The notes beneath the pieces are model-generated. The model was not told the DNA's origin, made no database searches, and saw nothing but the letters and a program-made list of their open reading frames with translations. A program made the position numbers and the translations under genes. From contig NZ_CP054394.1 in the NCBI RefSeq assembly GCF_022539405.1, positions 3,127,833-3,159,832 on the forward strand: DNA of 32,000 nucleotides, in the 5' to 3' direction. Below, in pieces: positions 1 through 8,296 of the stretch (within the stretch, counting starts at the first letter, position 1; the number at the start of each line of letters is the position of its first letter). The DNA comes from Natranaerofaba carboxydovora. GTDB taxonomy: Bacteria; Bacillota; Natranaerobiia; Natranaerobiales; Natranaerofabaceae.

Positions 1-2
1 GT

Positions 3-1019
3 AGCGGGCCTGATAGCAAATATGTAATTTCAACCAGGGTAAGACTTGCAAGAAACTTGAAAGATATACCCCATCCTTTTTTGGCCGGGGACAATGATAC
101 AGAAAAAGTTGTAAAAGATGTTAATGAAGCAATAAAAAGAGGAAGTGCTGGACTTGGAGAACATAAACTTCTCTGGACACGTGACTTAGAACCAATTGAT
201 AGAAAAGTCCTTGTGGAAAAACATCTTATTAGTCCCTTGCTTGCTAAGGAAGATCGAAACAGTGCAATTATTGTTAGAGAAGATCAGGCAATCAGTGTAA
301 TGTTAAATGAAGAAGACCATATAAGAATACAGTGTTTGTTTCCCGGTTTACAATTAGATAAAGCTTTTGAATATGCAGATCAAATAGATGATTTAATAGA
401 AGAATCTGTTGATTATGCCTTTGATGAAGAATGGGGTTATTTGACAACATGTCCAACTAATGTTGGAACAGGAATGAGAGCATCAGTTATGCTGCACTTG
501 CCTGGTCTTGTGATGACAGGCCAGATTAATAGGGTTCTATCTGCAGTAGGTCAGGTTGGTTTGGCAGTAAGAGGATTATATGGTGAAGGAACAGAGATGG
601 TTGGAAACATAGTACAACTATCAAATCAAATTACCCTTGGACAATCTGAAAAAGACATACTTGAAAAGTTAGAAGGAGTTACAAGACAACTTATTGACCA
701 GGAAGAAAAAGCAAGAGAAGATCTTTTACAAAAAGGAGAGGAGAAATTAGCTGATAAAGTAGGTAGAGCTTATGGACAATTGAGCTATGCAAGGATAATA
801 AGTACTAATGAAGCCATGGGTCTTTTAAGTAGTGTTAGGTTAGGTTGTGATATGGGATTTTTAAAAGAGGTAGATAGTAAAATCTTAAATGATCTATTGG
901 TATTAATAAGGCCGGCTAACTTACAAAAGATGGCTGAAAAGGAACTAACCTCTGAGGAAAGAGATATAAAAAGAGCTAACCTAATCAGAGAGAGAATAAA
1001 TATTAAAAAAGATGCTTAA
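3..1019 (+). CDS. mcsB: Protein arginine kinase McsB (5' end cut by window edge)
   Basis: The reading frame is open from the window start; frame 3 reads SGPDSKYVISTRVRLARNLKDIPHPF before the Met listed in the track. It carries the guanidino (phosphagen) kinase signature CPTNVGTGMRASV. It sits directly upstream of clpC, as in the Firmicute ctsR-mcsA-mcsB-clpC operon. Confidence 0.9.
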   Translation, partial: SGPDSKYVISTRVRLARNLKDIPHPFLAGDNDTEKVVKDVNEAIKRGSAGLGEHKLLWTRDLEPIDRKVLVEKHLISPLLAKEDRNSAIIVREDQAISVMLNEEDHIRIQCLFPGLQLDKAFEYADQIDDLIEESVDYAFDEEWGYLTTCPTNVGTGMRASVMLHLPGLVMTGQINRVLSAVGQVGLAVRGLYGEGTEMVGNIVQLSNQITLGQSEKDILEKLEGVTRQLIDQEEKAREDLLQKGEEKLADKVGRAYGQLSYARIISTNEAMGLLSSVRLGCDMGFLKEVDSKILNDLLVLIRPANLQKMAEKELTSEERDIKRANLIRERINIKKDA

Positions 1020-1072
1020 AAGAAAATGACTAAGATGGTTAATAGGAAGAATAATTAAGAGAGGTGATAGAT

Positions 1073-3532
1073 ATGTTTGCAAGATTTACCCAAAGAGCAC
1101 AGAAGGTGATGGCCCTATCACAGGAAGAAGCAAAAAGATTAAAACATAATTATGTTGGAACCGAACATTTGCTGTTAGGGTTAATTAGAGAAGGGGAAGG
1201 AGTAGCTGCCAGGGCTCTTAAGAATCTAAATGCAGATTTAGAAGCAGTTAGAGGTGAAGTAGAGAAGCTTGTGAGTCCAGGAGATGAAGCTCCTCTTGGT
1301 AATGTGGGATACACTCCTAGGGTTAAAACAGTAATAGAACTAGCTATGGATGAAGCTAGACAGATGGGACACAGTTATATCGGGACAGAACATTTGCTTT
1401 TAGGTCTAGTTAGAGAAGGAGAAGGAGTGGCCGCCAAAATATTAACTCAAATTGGAGTTAGCCTTGAGAATACAAGAGCTGAAGTGATGAAAATACTTGG
1501 AAGTAGTGAAAACCAGCCTAAAGATTTAAAAGGAAAACCAAATAAGTCTCAAACTTCAAGCAGTAAAACACCTGCTTTAGATTCCTTTGGTAGGGATTTG
1601 ACACAGATGGCTAAAGAAGAAAAGCTTGACCCTATAATTGGTAGGAGTAAAGAGATACAGAGGGTTATACAGGTACTAAGTAGAAGAACCAAAAATAACC
1701 CCTGCTTGATTGGTGAACCAGGGGTTGGGAAAACTGCCATAGCTGAAGGACTTGCACAAAAAGTAGTCGAAGGAAATGTACCCAAAATTCTTGAAGACAA
1801 GCGCGTAGTAACCCTTGAGTTATCTGCTGTTGTTGCCGGAACAAAATATAGAGGAGAGTTTGAAGAAAGGCTCAGGAGGTTAATTGACGAGTTGACCCAG
1901 GCAGGAGATGTTATCTTGTTTATTGATGAACTTCATACTGTAATTGGGGCCGGTGCGGCAGAAGGTGCAATAGATGCATCAAACATCCTAAAACCTGCCC
2001 TTGCTAGAGGTGAGCTTCAGTGTGTTGGAGCAACTACTCTAGATGAATATAGAAAGCATATAGAAAAAGACTCAGCTCTAGAGCGTCGTTTTCAGCCAAT
2101 TACGGTTGAGGAGCCAACTCAAGATGAGAGTGTAGAAATATTAAAAGGGCTTAGGGATAGATATGAAGCACATCACAGGGTGCAGATAAGCGATGAAGCA
2201 CTAGATGTTGCTGTCAAATTATCTGTTAGGTATATTACAGACAGATACTTGCCAGATAAAGCAATTGATTTGATTGATGAGGCAGCTGCAAGTGTAAGAC
2301 TAAAAACTAACACTACTCCTCCCGATCTAAAAAAGATGGAAGATAGGCTTGAGGAAATTCAAACGGAAAAAGAAGCTGCTATAAAAAGCCAGGATTTTGA
2401 ACAGGCGGCTGAGTTAAGAGATAAAGAGCAAAAAGCCAAAGAAAAGCTTGAAGAGTTAAAAACTGAATGGGAGCAAAAACAAATTTCTGATGAAACTAAA
2501 GTAACTGGTGAAGATATAGCAAAAATTGTATCCGATTGGACAGGAATTCCTGTTAAGAAGCTAGCACAAGAAGAGAGCGAGAGACTTTTGGGAATGGAAA
2601 AAATCTTGCACCAGCGGGTAGTAGGTCAGGAAGATGCTGTCAAAGCAGTATCAAATGCCATTAGAAGAGGAAGAGCTGGCCTAAAAGACCCCAAAAGACC
2701 AATAGGTTCTTTTATATTCCTTGGACCTACTGGAGTTGGAAAAACAGAACTAGCAAGAGCGCTTGCTGAAGCGTTGTTTGCAGATGAAGATGCAATAATT
2801 AGACTTGACATGTCAGAATATATGGAACGCCACACTACTTCTAGATTAGTTGGCTCGCCTCCAGGATATGTAGGACATGAAGAAGGTGGTCAGCTAACAG
2901 AGCAGGTTCGTCGTAGACCTTACTCAGTTATACTTTTTGATGAGATTGAAAAGGCGCATCCCGAAGTGTTTAACACTTTATTACAGGTTTTAGAGGATGG
3001 TCGTTTGACTGACTCCAAGGGAAGAACTGTTGATTTTAGAAACACCGTTATAATAATGACTTCAAATGTGGGTGCAAATACAATAAAGAGTAAGACAAAA
3101 GTAGGGTTTCAACCTGAAAGTCAAGAAGACTCTTATGAGGCGATGAAAGAAAGTATTATGGATGAATTGAAAAACACATTTAGGCCGGAATTTTTAAACC
3201 GTGTTGACGAAAATATTGTATTCCATGCTCTAGAAAAAGAGCATTTAAGAGAAATTGTAGAGTTAATGCTAAAAGAGATCGATGACAGAATGGAAGAATT
3301 TGACATAGAATTTGAAATTACAGAAGAAGCCAAAAAGTATCTAGCTGAGGAGGGCTATGACCCAACTTATGGAGCAAGACCTTTAAGAAGGGCAATACAA
3401 AAGAAAGTTGAAGATGTTTTAAGTGAGAAGATTCTAAAAGGTGACTTTAGTTATGGTGATCAAGTAATTGTTGATGTAGACGAAGATGGTAAAAAACTTA
3501 CATTTCAAAAGAAAGAAGAGGCTAAAAAATAA
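1073..3532 (+). CDS. clpC: ATP-dependent Clp protease ATP-binding subunit ClpC (class III stress AAA+ chaperone)
   Basis: Duplicated Clp N-repeat ([20 protein letters not shown] / [20 protein letters not shown]). Two Walker A motifs ([16 protein letters not shown]) with a UVR-like coiled coil between the AAA modules. RBS GAGAGGTG lies ~9 nt before ATG 1073, so the track's GTG 1064 is less likely. Confidence 0.95.
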   Translation: MFARFTQRAQKVMALSQEEAKRLKHNYVGTEHLLLGLIREGEGVAARALKNLNADLEAVRGEVEKLVSPGDEAPLGNVGYTPRVKTVIELAMDEARQMGHSYIGTEHLLLGLVREGEGVAAKILTQIGVSLENTRAEVMKILGSSENQPKDLKGKPNKSQTSSSKTPALDSFGRDLTQMAKEEKLDPIIGRSKEIQRVIQVLSRRTKNNPCLIGEPGVGKTAIAEGLAQKVVEGNVPKILEDKRVVTLELSAVVAGTKYRGEFEERLRRLIDELTQAGDVILFIDELHTVIGAGAAEGAIDASNILKPALARGELQCVGATTLDEYRKHIEKDSALERRFQPITVEEPTQDESVEILKGLRDRYEAHHRVQISDEALDVAVKLSVRYITDRYLPDKAIDLIDEAAASVRLKTNTTPPDLKKMEDRLEEIQTEKEAAIKSQDFEQAAELRDKEQKAKEKLEELKTEWEQKQISDETKVTGEDIAKIVSDWTGIPVKKLAQEESERLLGMEKILHQRVVGQEDAVKAVSNAIRRGRAGLKDPKRPIGSFIFLGPTGVGKTELARALAEALFADEDAIIRLDMSEYMERHTTSRLVGSPPGYVGHEEGGQLTEQVRRRPYSVILFDEIEKAHPEVFNTLLQVLEDGRLTDSKGRTVDFRNTVIIMTSNVGANTIKSKTKVGFQPESQEDSYEAMKESIMDELKNTFRPEFLNRVDENIVFHALEKEHLREIVELMLKEIDDRMEEFDIEFEITEEAKKYLAEEGYDPTYGARPLRRAIQKKVEDVLSEKILKGDFSYGDQVIVDVDEDGKKLTFQKKEEAKK

Positions 3533-3533
3533 A

Positions 3534-3580
3534 AAAAACAAATTTTAAGCGGGGTTTTTCCCCGCTTAAAATTTGTTTTT
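3534..3580 (+). terminator. Rho-independent terminator after clpC
   Basis: ~21-bp perfect stem (AAAACAAATTTTAAGCGGGG / CCCCGCTTAAAATTTGTTTT) around a TTTTT loop, ending in a T run, 2 nt after the clpC stop. Confidence 0.85.
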
Positions 3581-3643
3581 AAAATCTTTAGAAGGATTTT
3601 TAACATATTTTTAGAATAATATGAATAATGGTCTAATATTGAG

Positions 3644-4663
3644 GTGGAAACATTGACAAGGCTCGCACTAACTTTTCCTACCACTCATGATATGCTTCGA
3701 GCTGAAACAATTCTAAGTAGTTTCATGAACTGTGAGAACATCCCTGCCCCAAAAGACTCAAAAAGTAAATGTACTACAGCAATTATGATAGAAGAAAATG
3801 ATTTGGAAAAGGCTAAACGATTAATGGAAGTAGAAAAAATAAACTGGGATGAAGTGATAGAGTACTCGATGTCTAAATCTACTAATAGCCAGGAGACACC
3901 AAGTCTTTATGAGAAATTTCTAAAACCATCTCCTGACAATATTTCTGAGAATCAAATCGATCAGAATTATTTATTGAATTTGTTTTATAAAGCGGGAATG
4001 TTGGATAAAAAGGATCTTGATACTTTGTTCTCGCTAGAAAAAAAACAGCTAATTTTTTTTGAAGAACTATTTCTAGACAATCTTAATAACTCGGTATTGG
4101 GCCACAGCTGGATCGTTCCTGTGGGCTATTGCAAGAACCATTGTGAAGGATGTTTTTTGCCTGGACTTAGTGAAGTTAATTTTGAAACACTAAAATGGGT
4201 TGTTAGCCAAATTAAAGAAGGTTTTTCTTACCCTGTTGCTTTTGTTTATGGGGAGCAATTTGATGAAGGTATTTTAAATTATCTGTTGAGTGAATTGAAA
4301 GAATTTAACGACAAACCTTCTTTACTATATTTGGGAAGTGATCCTTTGGGTTTGCCTTTAGACTTACTTTCTCAAGGGACTTCTTTGTCTTGTCATGACA
4401 ATTTATTAAAAATGAAAGTAGATGAAATTATAAAAGAAGTACTCTTTTTGAAAGAGAACACTGACCATACTTTGGCTAGTCAAACCTTTGTGCCAATACA
4501 TGTGAATTATAATCAATTAAATGAACAAGATAAAATAAAACTTAAAAAAACTATAATCGCCCTGAGGCTTGCTCTTGGGGATGGCCCTTTGATAGGTAGC
4601 CCCGAAATAGATGAAATTGATATAGGAGCCATGGGTGAAAACATTAGGTTTAAATGGATTTAA
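3644..4663 (+). CDS. Uncharacterised fusion protein: DUF3343-like N-terminal domain plus a CX3CX2C (radical-SAM-like, BioB/HydE-reminiscent) domain
   Basis: 339-codon ORF. The likelier start is TTG 3653, 5 nt after RBS GAGGTGG. The N-terminal ~65 aa (LALTFPTTHDMLRAETIL...IPAPKD...KCTTAIMIEENDLEKAKRLME) fit the small DUF3343 (putative Se/S-carrier-like) pattern. Cys163-x3-Cys167-x2-Cys170 (GYCKNHCEGCF, nt 4130-4153) is followed by VAFVYGEQF. Same strand as, and 17 nt upstream of, the next ORF, at the head of the acs cluster. Function not established. Confidence 0.5.
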   Translation: METLTRLALTFPTTHDMLRAETILSSFMNCENIPAPKDSKSKCTTAIMIEENDLEKAKRLMEVEKINWDEVIEYSMSKSTNSQETPSLYEKFLKPSPDNISENQIDQNYLLNLFYKAGMLDKKDLDTLFSLEKKQLIFFEELFLDNLNNSVLGHSWIVPVGYCKNHCEGCFLPGLSEVNFETLKWVVSQIKEGFSYPVAFVYGEQFDEGILNYLLSELKEFNDKPSLLYLGSDPLGLPLDLLSQGTSLSCHDNLLKMKVDEIIKEVLFLKENTDHTLASQTFVPIHVNYNQLNEQDKIKLKKTIIALRLALGDGPLIGSPEIDEIDIGAMGENIRFKWI

Positions 4664-4679
4664 AATCGGAGGGTTCTAA

Positions 4680-5207
4680 TTGTTCTTAGACAAAATTGAA
4701 ATAACACAAATTATGCCGTGTATAGCCGATGACGAGAGAATTAGATTTTTTGCAAGGCCTTCAAATGATTTGACAGATCTGCTTCCCTATCTAAATGCCG
4801 TAATGAAAACTGCAACCTATAATAAAAGAGCCCCAAACCTTACCTATACTAAAGAAGAACGACTAATTACTGTATATCCAAATAAAATTGCGGCTGCAAA
4901 AATTTATAATAAAGAAGATGCTATAGATGTAACCCAGGAACTAAAAAAGTTAATAAATGAAGTTTATGAAAAAAAAGATGAAATTGAGCCTCTTTATGAG
5001 CAAAGAGTTAGAATACAGGCTATTGATTTATACAAATGGCTTCCTGGTACTAATTGCAAAGAATGCGGACATCCCACATGCTTAGCTTTTGCAGTTGCTA
5101 TATTACAAAACAAAGCTCGTCTTTCTAGCTGTGCTCCCTTAAAAGAAACAGAAGAGGGGTATAAGGAAGTTGAAGAAATACTAACTAATATTGGTTATGA
5201 GACATAA
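4680..5207 (+). CDS. Uncharacterised protein with a C-terminal AcsC-type Cys4 Fe-S domain (PF04060-like 'putative Fe-S cluster' domain)
   Basis: TTG start 6 nt after RBS GGAGGG. Residues 112-153 (IQAIDLYKWLPGTNCKECGHPTCLAFAVAILQNKARLSSCAPL) align by hand to the AcsC N-terminus in this window (21/43 identical). Cys spacing C-x2-C-x4-C-x16-C is identical in both. The N-terminal ~110 aa match nothing I recognise. Confidence 0.6.
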   Translation: MFLDKIEITQIMPCIADDERIRFFARPSNDLTDLLPYLNAVMKTATYNKRAPNLTYTKEERLITVYPNKIAAAKIYNKEDAIDVTQELKKLINEVYEKKDEIEPLYEQRVRIQAIDLYKWLPGTNCKECGHPTCLAFAVAILQNKARLSSCAPLKETEEGYKEVEEILTNIGYET

Positions 5208-5306
5208 CATTTGGGTCAAATTACCGAATTGTGAAAAAAAGAATTTAAAAAAAACGAAAGGATTTATTTAAAAAATGTCGAACATGAGGAAGGGGTCAAT
5301 TACAGT

Positions 5307-5335
5307 TTGACAGTAATTTAAGAATAATTTATAGA
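5307..5335 (+). promoter_or_regulatory. Candidate sigma-A promoter for cooC-acs genes
   Basis: TTGACA (5307-5312), 17-nt spacer, TATAGA (5330-5335), ~65 nt upstream of cooC. The -35 is embedded in an imperfect 10-bp inverted repeat (TCAATTACAG 5296-5305 / CAGTAATTTA 5311-5320). Confidence 0.35.
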
Positions 5336-5402
5336 AGCCGTTATTATTTTAGACAGAAGTTACTAAACAATGTAAAAATTTCGAATATTTGAGGTGAAAT
5401 GA

Positions 5403-6155
5403 ATGAAGATATCTGTCAGTGGTAAAGGGGGAGTTGGAAAGACCACTATATCCGCTGGACTTAGCAAATTGTTTAGCTCTAAGGGGAGCAGGGTATATGC
5501 AATAGATTGTGACCCGGACGCTAGCTTGGGTCTTGCCTTAGGATTTGATGAAGATAGCTTAGACAGTGTTCACCCACTGGTAGAATTAAAAGAAGAGATA
5601 GACGAGAAGATGGGAGGAGGGGATTTCTATCCTTTAAATCCAAAGGTAGATGATGTGTTAGATAGGTATTCTTTGCAAAAAGGGAATATTAATTTTCTTA
5701 GAATGGGCTCAGTAAAGCAAGGAGGATCTGCCTGTTATTGTAGAGAGAATAGCTTCATGAATGCGCTATTGAATGCTCTGCTACTAGACAAAGATGACAT
5801 TGTAATACTTGACATGGCGGCCGGAATTGAGCATTTGACCAGGGGTACGGCTTCTGGTGTTGACCTTTTATTAATTGTTACAGAGCCTACCAGAACTAGC
5901 ATCAAAACAAGTCAGGTTGTAAAAAACCTTGGTAAAGAGCTGGGCATAAGAAATATTAAGACCATAATTAACAAGCTGCGAACTTCAAAGGAGAGAGAAC
6001 TAATCGAGAAAGCTTTAGATCCCAGAGATATAGCAGGTATTATTGAATATGATGAAGAAATACTTGAGGAGACTTTGTCTGAAGATCAACAAGAAGCAGT
6101 GATTGTTCCCGGATTAGAAGAAATATTCAAGACTATTGAAAAAGAGGTGAACTGA
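5403..6155 (+). CDS. cooC: CODH/ACS nickel-insertion accessory ATPase CooC (AcsF-type)
   Basis: MinD/ParA-type deviant Walker A at the N-terminus (SGKGGVGKTT). CxC motif (ACYCREN) typical of CooC. RBS GAGGTG 6 nt upstream. Immediately precedes acsA. Confidence 0.88.
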   Translation: MKISVSGKGGVGKTTISAGLSKLFSSKGSRVYAIDCDPDASLGLALGFDEDSLDSVHPLVELKEEIDEKMGGGDFYPLNPKVDDVLDRYSLQKGNINFLRMGSVKQGGSACYCRENSFMNALLNALLLDKDDIVILDMAAGIEHLTRGTASGVDLLLIVTEPTRTSIKTSQVVKNLGKELGIRNIKTIINKLRTSKERELIEKALDPRDIAGIIEYDEEILEETLSEDQQEAVIVPGLEEIFKTIEKEVN

Positions 6156-6211
6156 TCCCTCTCCTTTGTGTTGATATTTAAAAGAAACAATTTTTTAAAG
6201 GAGGTAAAATA

Positions 6212-8230
6212 ATGCCGAGATTTAGGGACACAAGTATTAACGCACAACCTAGTAATGCTCCAAAAGAAAGGTTTTTGGATCCTAAGAATAGGGTAAGAAC
6301 TGATGCCGATGGCGAAAAGCAATTGCTTGAAAAAGCAGAGAAAGACAACGTAATAACAGCTTTTGACAGAGCTGTTGCTCAGCATCCTCAGTGCCAGTTT
6401 GGTTATCAGGGGATTTGCTGTAGATTTTGTATCCAGGGACCATGCCGTATCAAAGCCATGGAGGGACCTGGAAGCAGGGGTATTTGTGGAGCTACTGCTT
6501 ACAATATAGTAGCTAGATTCGTTGGTGTAGCTGTTGCTATTGGTGCTTCTTCTCGCTCAGAGCACGGTAAGCATATAGCCCACACATTGCTAGAAGTATC
6601 AGAAGGAAATTATGAAGACTACCAGATTACTGATCCTGACAAGCTAAAGAGAGTAGCCAAAAGATTAGGCGTTGAAACAGAAGGGAAAGACGATCTAAAG
6701 ATCGCTTATGAACTTGCTAATGTAGCCATGGAAGACTTTGGTAACGTAGGAACTAAAGAATCGAACTGGTTAAACTCAATGCTTCCTGAGCCAAGAAAAC
6801 AAAAGTTCAAAGAAACGACAATTATGCCTAAAGGTATTGGCAATACAATTACTGACCAGCTAGCCGCGATTCACATGGGTATGGATGCTGACCCTGTAAA
6901 CAATATTTTTAGTGCGCTTAGAACATCGCTAAGTGACCTTAATGGAATGACAATTGCAAGTGAGTTCTCTGATATTTTATTTGGAACACCAACTCCTTCA
7001 GTTACAGATGCAAACTTTGGTGTTATTGATGAGAAGCAGGTAAACATTGCTCTACACGGTCACAATCCACTATTAAGTGAAATGGTTGTTAAGGCAGCAA
7101 GAGAAATGGAAGATGAAGCAAAGAGCGCTGGTGCAGAAGGTATTAACTTGTTTGGTATTTGCTGTACAGGTAATGAAGTTCTTATGAGACAGCAGATCCC
7201 ACTTGCTACAAACTTTGGTACTCAAGAGCTAGTTATAACTACAGGTGCAGTAGATGCTATGGCAGTAGACGTTCAGTGTATTAACCCAGGTGTTTCAGAA
7301 GCAGCCCAGTGCTACAGCACTAAGCTTATAACTACTGATAAGTTAGCAAAAATCCCTGGTTCATATCATGTAGACTTCAAACAAGATAAAGCTATGGAGT
7401 GTGCTAAGGAAATAATCAAGGTTGCTATTGATGCTTATAAAGACAGAAAAGGAAATGTTGAGATTCCTGAGTATAAGAATAAGCTAGTTGCTGGATTTTC
7501 CGTTGAAAGTATAGAACAAATATTGAGCTCAGTAAACTCAGATAGCCCATGGAAAGTAATAGTTGATGCAATCGAAGCAGGTGAAATAAGCGGAATTGGA
7601 TTCTTAATCGGTTGTAACAACGCTAAGGGCTGGCAGGACCAAAACCATATTGAAATAGCTAAAGAAATGGCTAAAAATAACGTATTAATGGTTTCGACCG
7701 GTTGTGCTGCTGGATCATATGGTAAATATGGATTCTTAAATTCAGATGCAATTGAAAAATATGCAGGAGATGGTCTGAAGAAGTTCTTAGGTCGTCTAAA
7801 CGATAGCGCTGACCTAAATGAAGATTTACCACTGATCTTCCACATGGGATCCTGTGTAGATAACTCAAGAATCGTGGATTTAATCATAAGAGTAGCCAAC
7901 GAAATGGACGTAGACATTCCAAAGGTACCGGTAGTAGGTTCTGCTCCAGAAGCTATGAGTCCAAAAGCTGTTGCTATCGGTAGTTACTTCCTATCCTTAG
8001 GTGTGCCAGTTCATGTTGGAGCTATGCCACCACTTGAAGGAAGTACTATGGTATACAGTATTGCGACTCAAATTGCACACGATGTTTTTGGTGGATACTT
8101 CATTCTTGAAACAGATGCCGATATGGGTGCTAAGAAAATCATGCAGGCTCTAGACTATAGAACCTGGAAGCTAGATGTTCACAAGAAAACTGCCGAGAAG
8201 TATGGAACAAGTCTAGCAAGAGAGTATTAA
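6212..8230 (+). CDS. acsA: Carbon monoxide dehydrogenase, CODH subunit of CODH/ACS (AcsA, CooS family)
   Basis: The N-terminus (MPRFRD...VITAFDRAVAQHPQCQFGYQGICCRFCIQGPCRI) closely matches my recollection of Moorella AcsA, including the B/D-cluster Cys motifs. 672 aa. Strong RBS AAGGAGG. Confidence 0.95.
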   Translation: MPRFRDTSINAQPSNAPKERFLDPKNRVRTDADGEKQLLEKAEKDNVITAFDRAVAQHPQCQFGYQGICCRFCIQGPCRIKAMEGPGSRGICGATAYNIVARFVGVAVAIGASSRSEHGKHIAHTLLEVSEGNYEDYQITDPDKLKRVAKRLGVETEGKDDLKIAYELANVAMEDFGNVGTKESNWLNSMLPEPRKQKFKETTIMPKGIGNTITDQLAAIHMGMDADPVNNIFSALRTSLSDLNGMTIASEFSDILFGTPTPSVTDANFGVIDEKQVNIALHGHNPLLSEMVVKAAREMEDEAKSAGAEGINLFGICCTGNEVLMRQQIPLATNFGTQELVITTGAVDAMAVDVQCINPGVSEAAQCYSTKLITTDKLAKIPGSYHVDFKQDKAMECAKEIIKVAIDAYKDRKGNVEIPEYKNKLVAGFSVESIEQILSSVNSDSPWKVIVDAIEAGEISGIGFLIGCNNAKGWQDQNHIEIAKEMAKNNVLMVSTGCAAGSYGKYGFLNSDAIEKYAGDGLKKFLGRLNDSADLNEDLPLIFHMGSCVDNSRIVDLIIRVANEMDVDIPKVPVVGSAPEAMSPKAVAIGSYFLSLGVPVHVGAMPPLEGSTMVYSIATQIAHDVFGGYFILETDADMGAKKIMQALDYRTWKLDVHKKTAEKYGTSLAREY

Positions 8231-8296
8231 TAAATAAAGGTATCTATTAAAACCTAAGTATAATAATGACCCGACTTTTTGAAAGGAGGATATTAG

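Noticed and set aside
1549-3333. Three minus-strand ORFs (66-83 aa) inside clpC
   Set aside because: Antisense shadow ORFs within a conserved AAA+ gene, with Ser/Leu-rich nonsense composition.
6086-6385. 99-aa minus-strand ORF spanning the cooC-acsA junction
   Set aside because: It overlaps the ends of two well-supported + strand genes and their RBS region. It has no RBS of its own and an implausible composition.
7435-7917. 160-aa and 65-aa minus-strand ORFs inside acsA (also 8476-8829, 9178-9384, 10290-10493 in acsB and 11633-11926 in acsC)
   Set aside because: They are antisense to confidently identified, highly conserved acs genes. There are no RBSs and no recognisable motifs.
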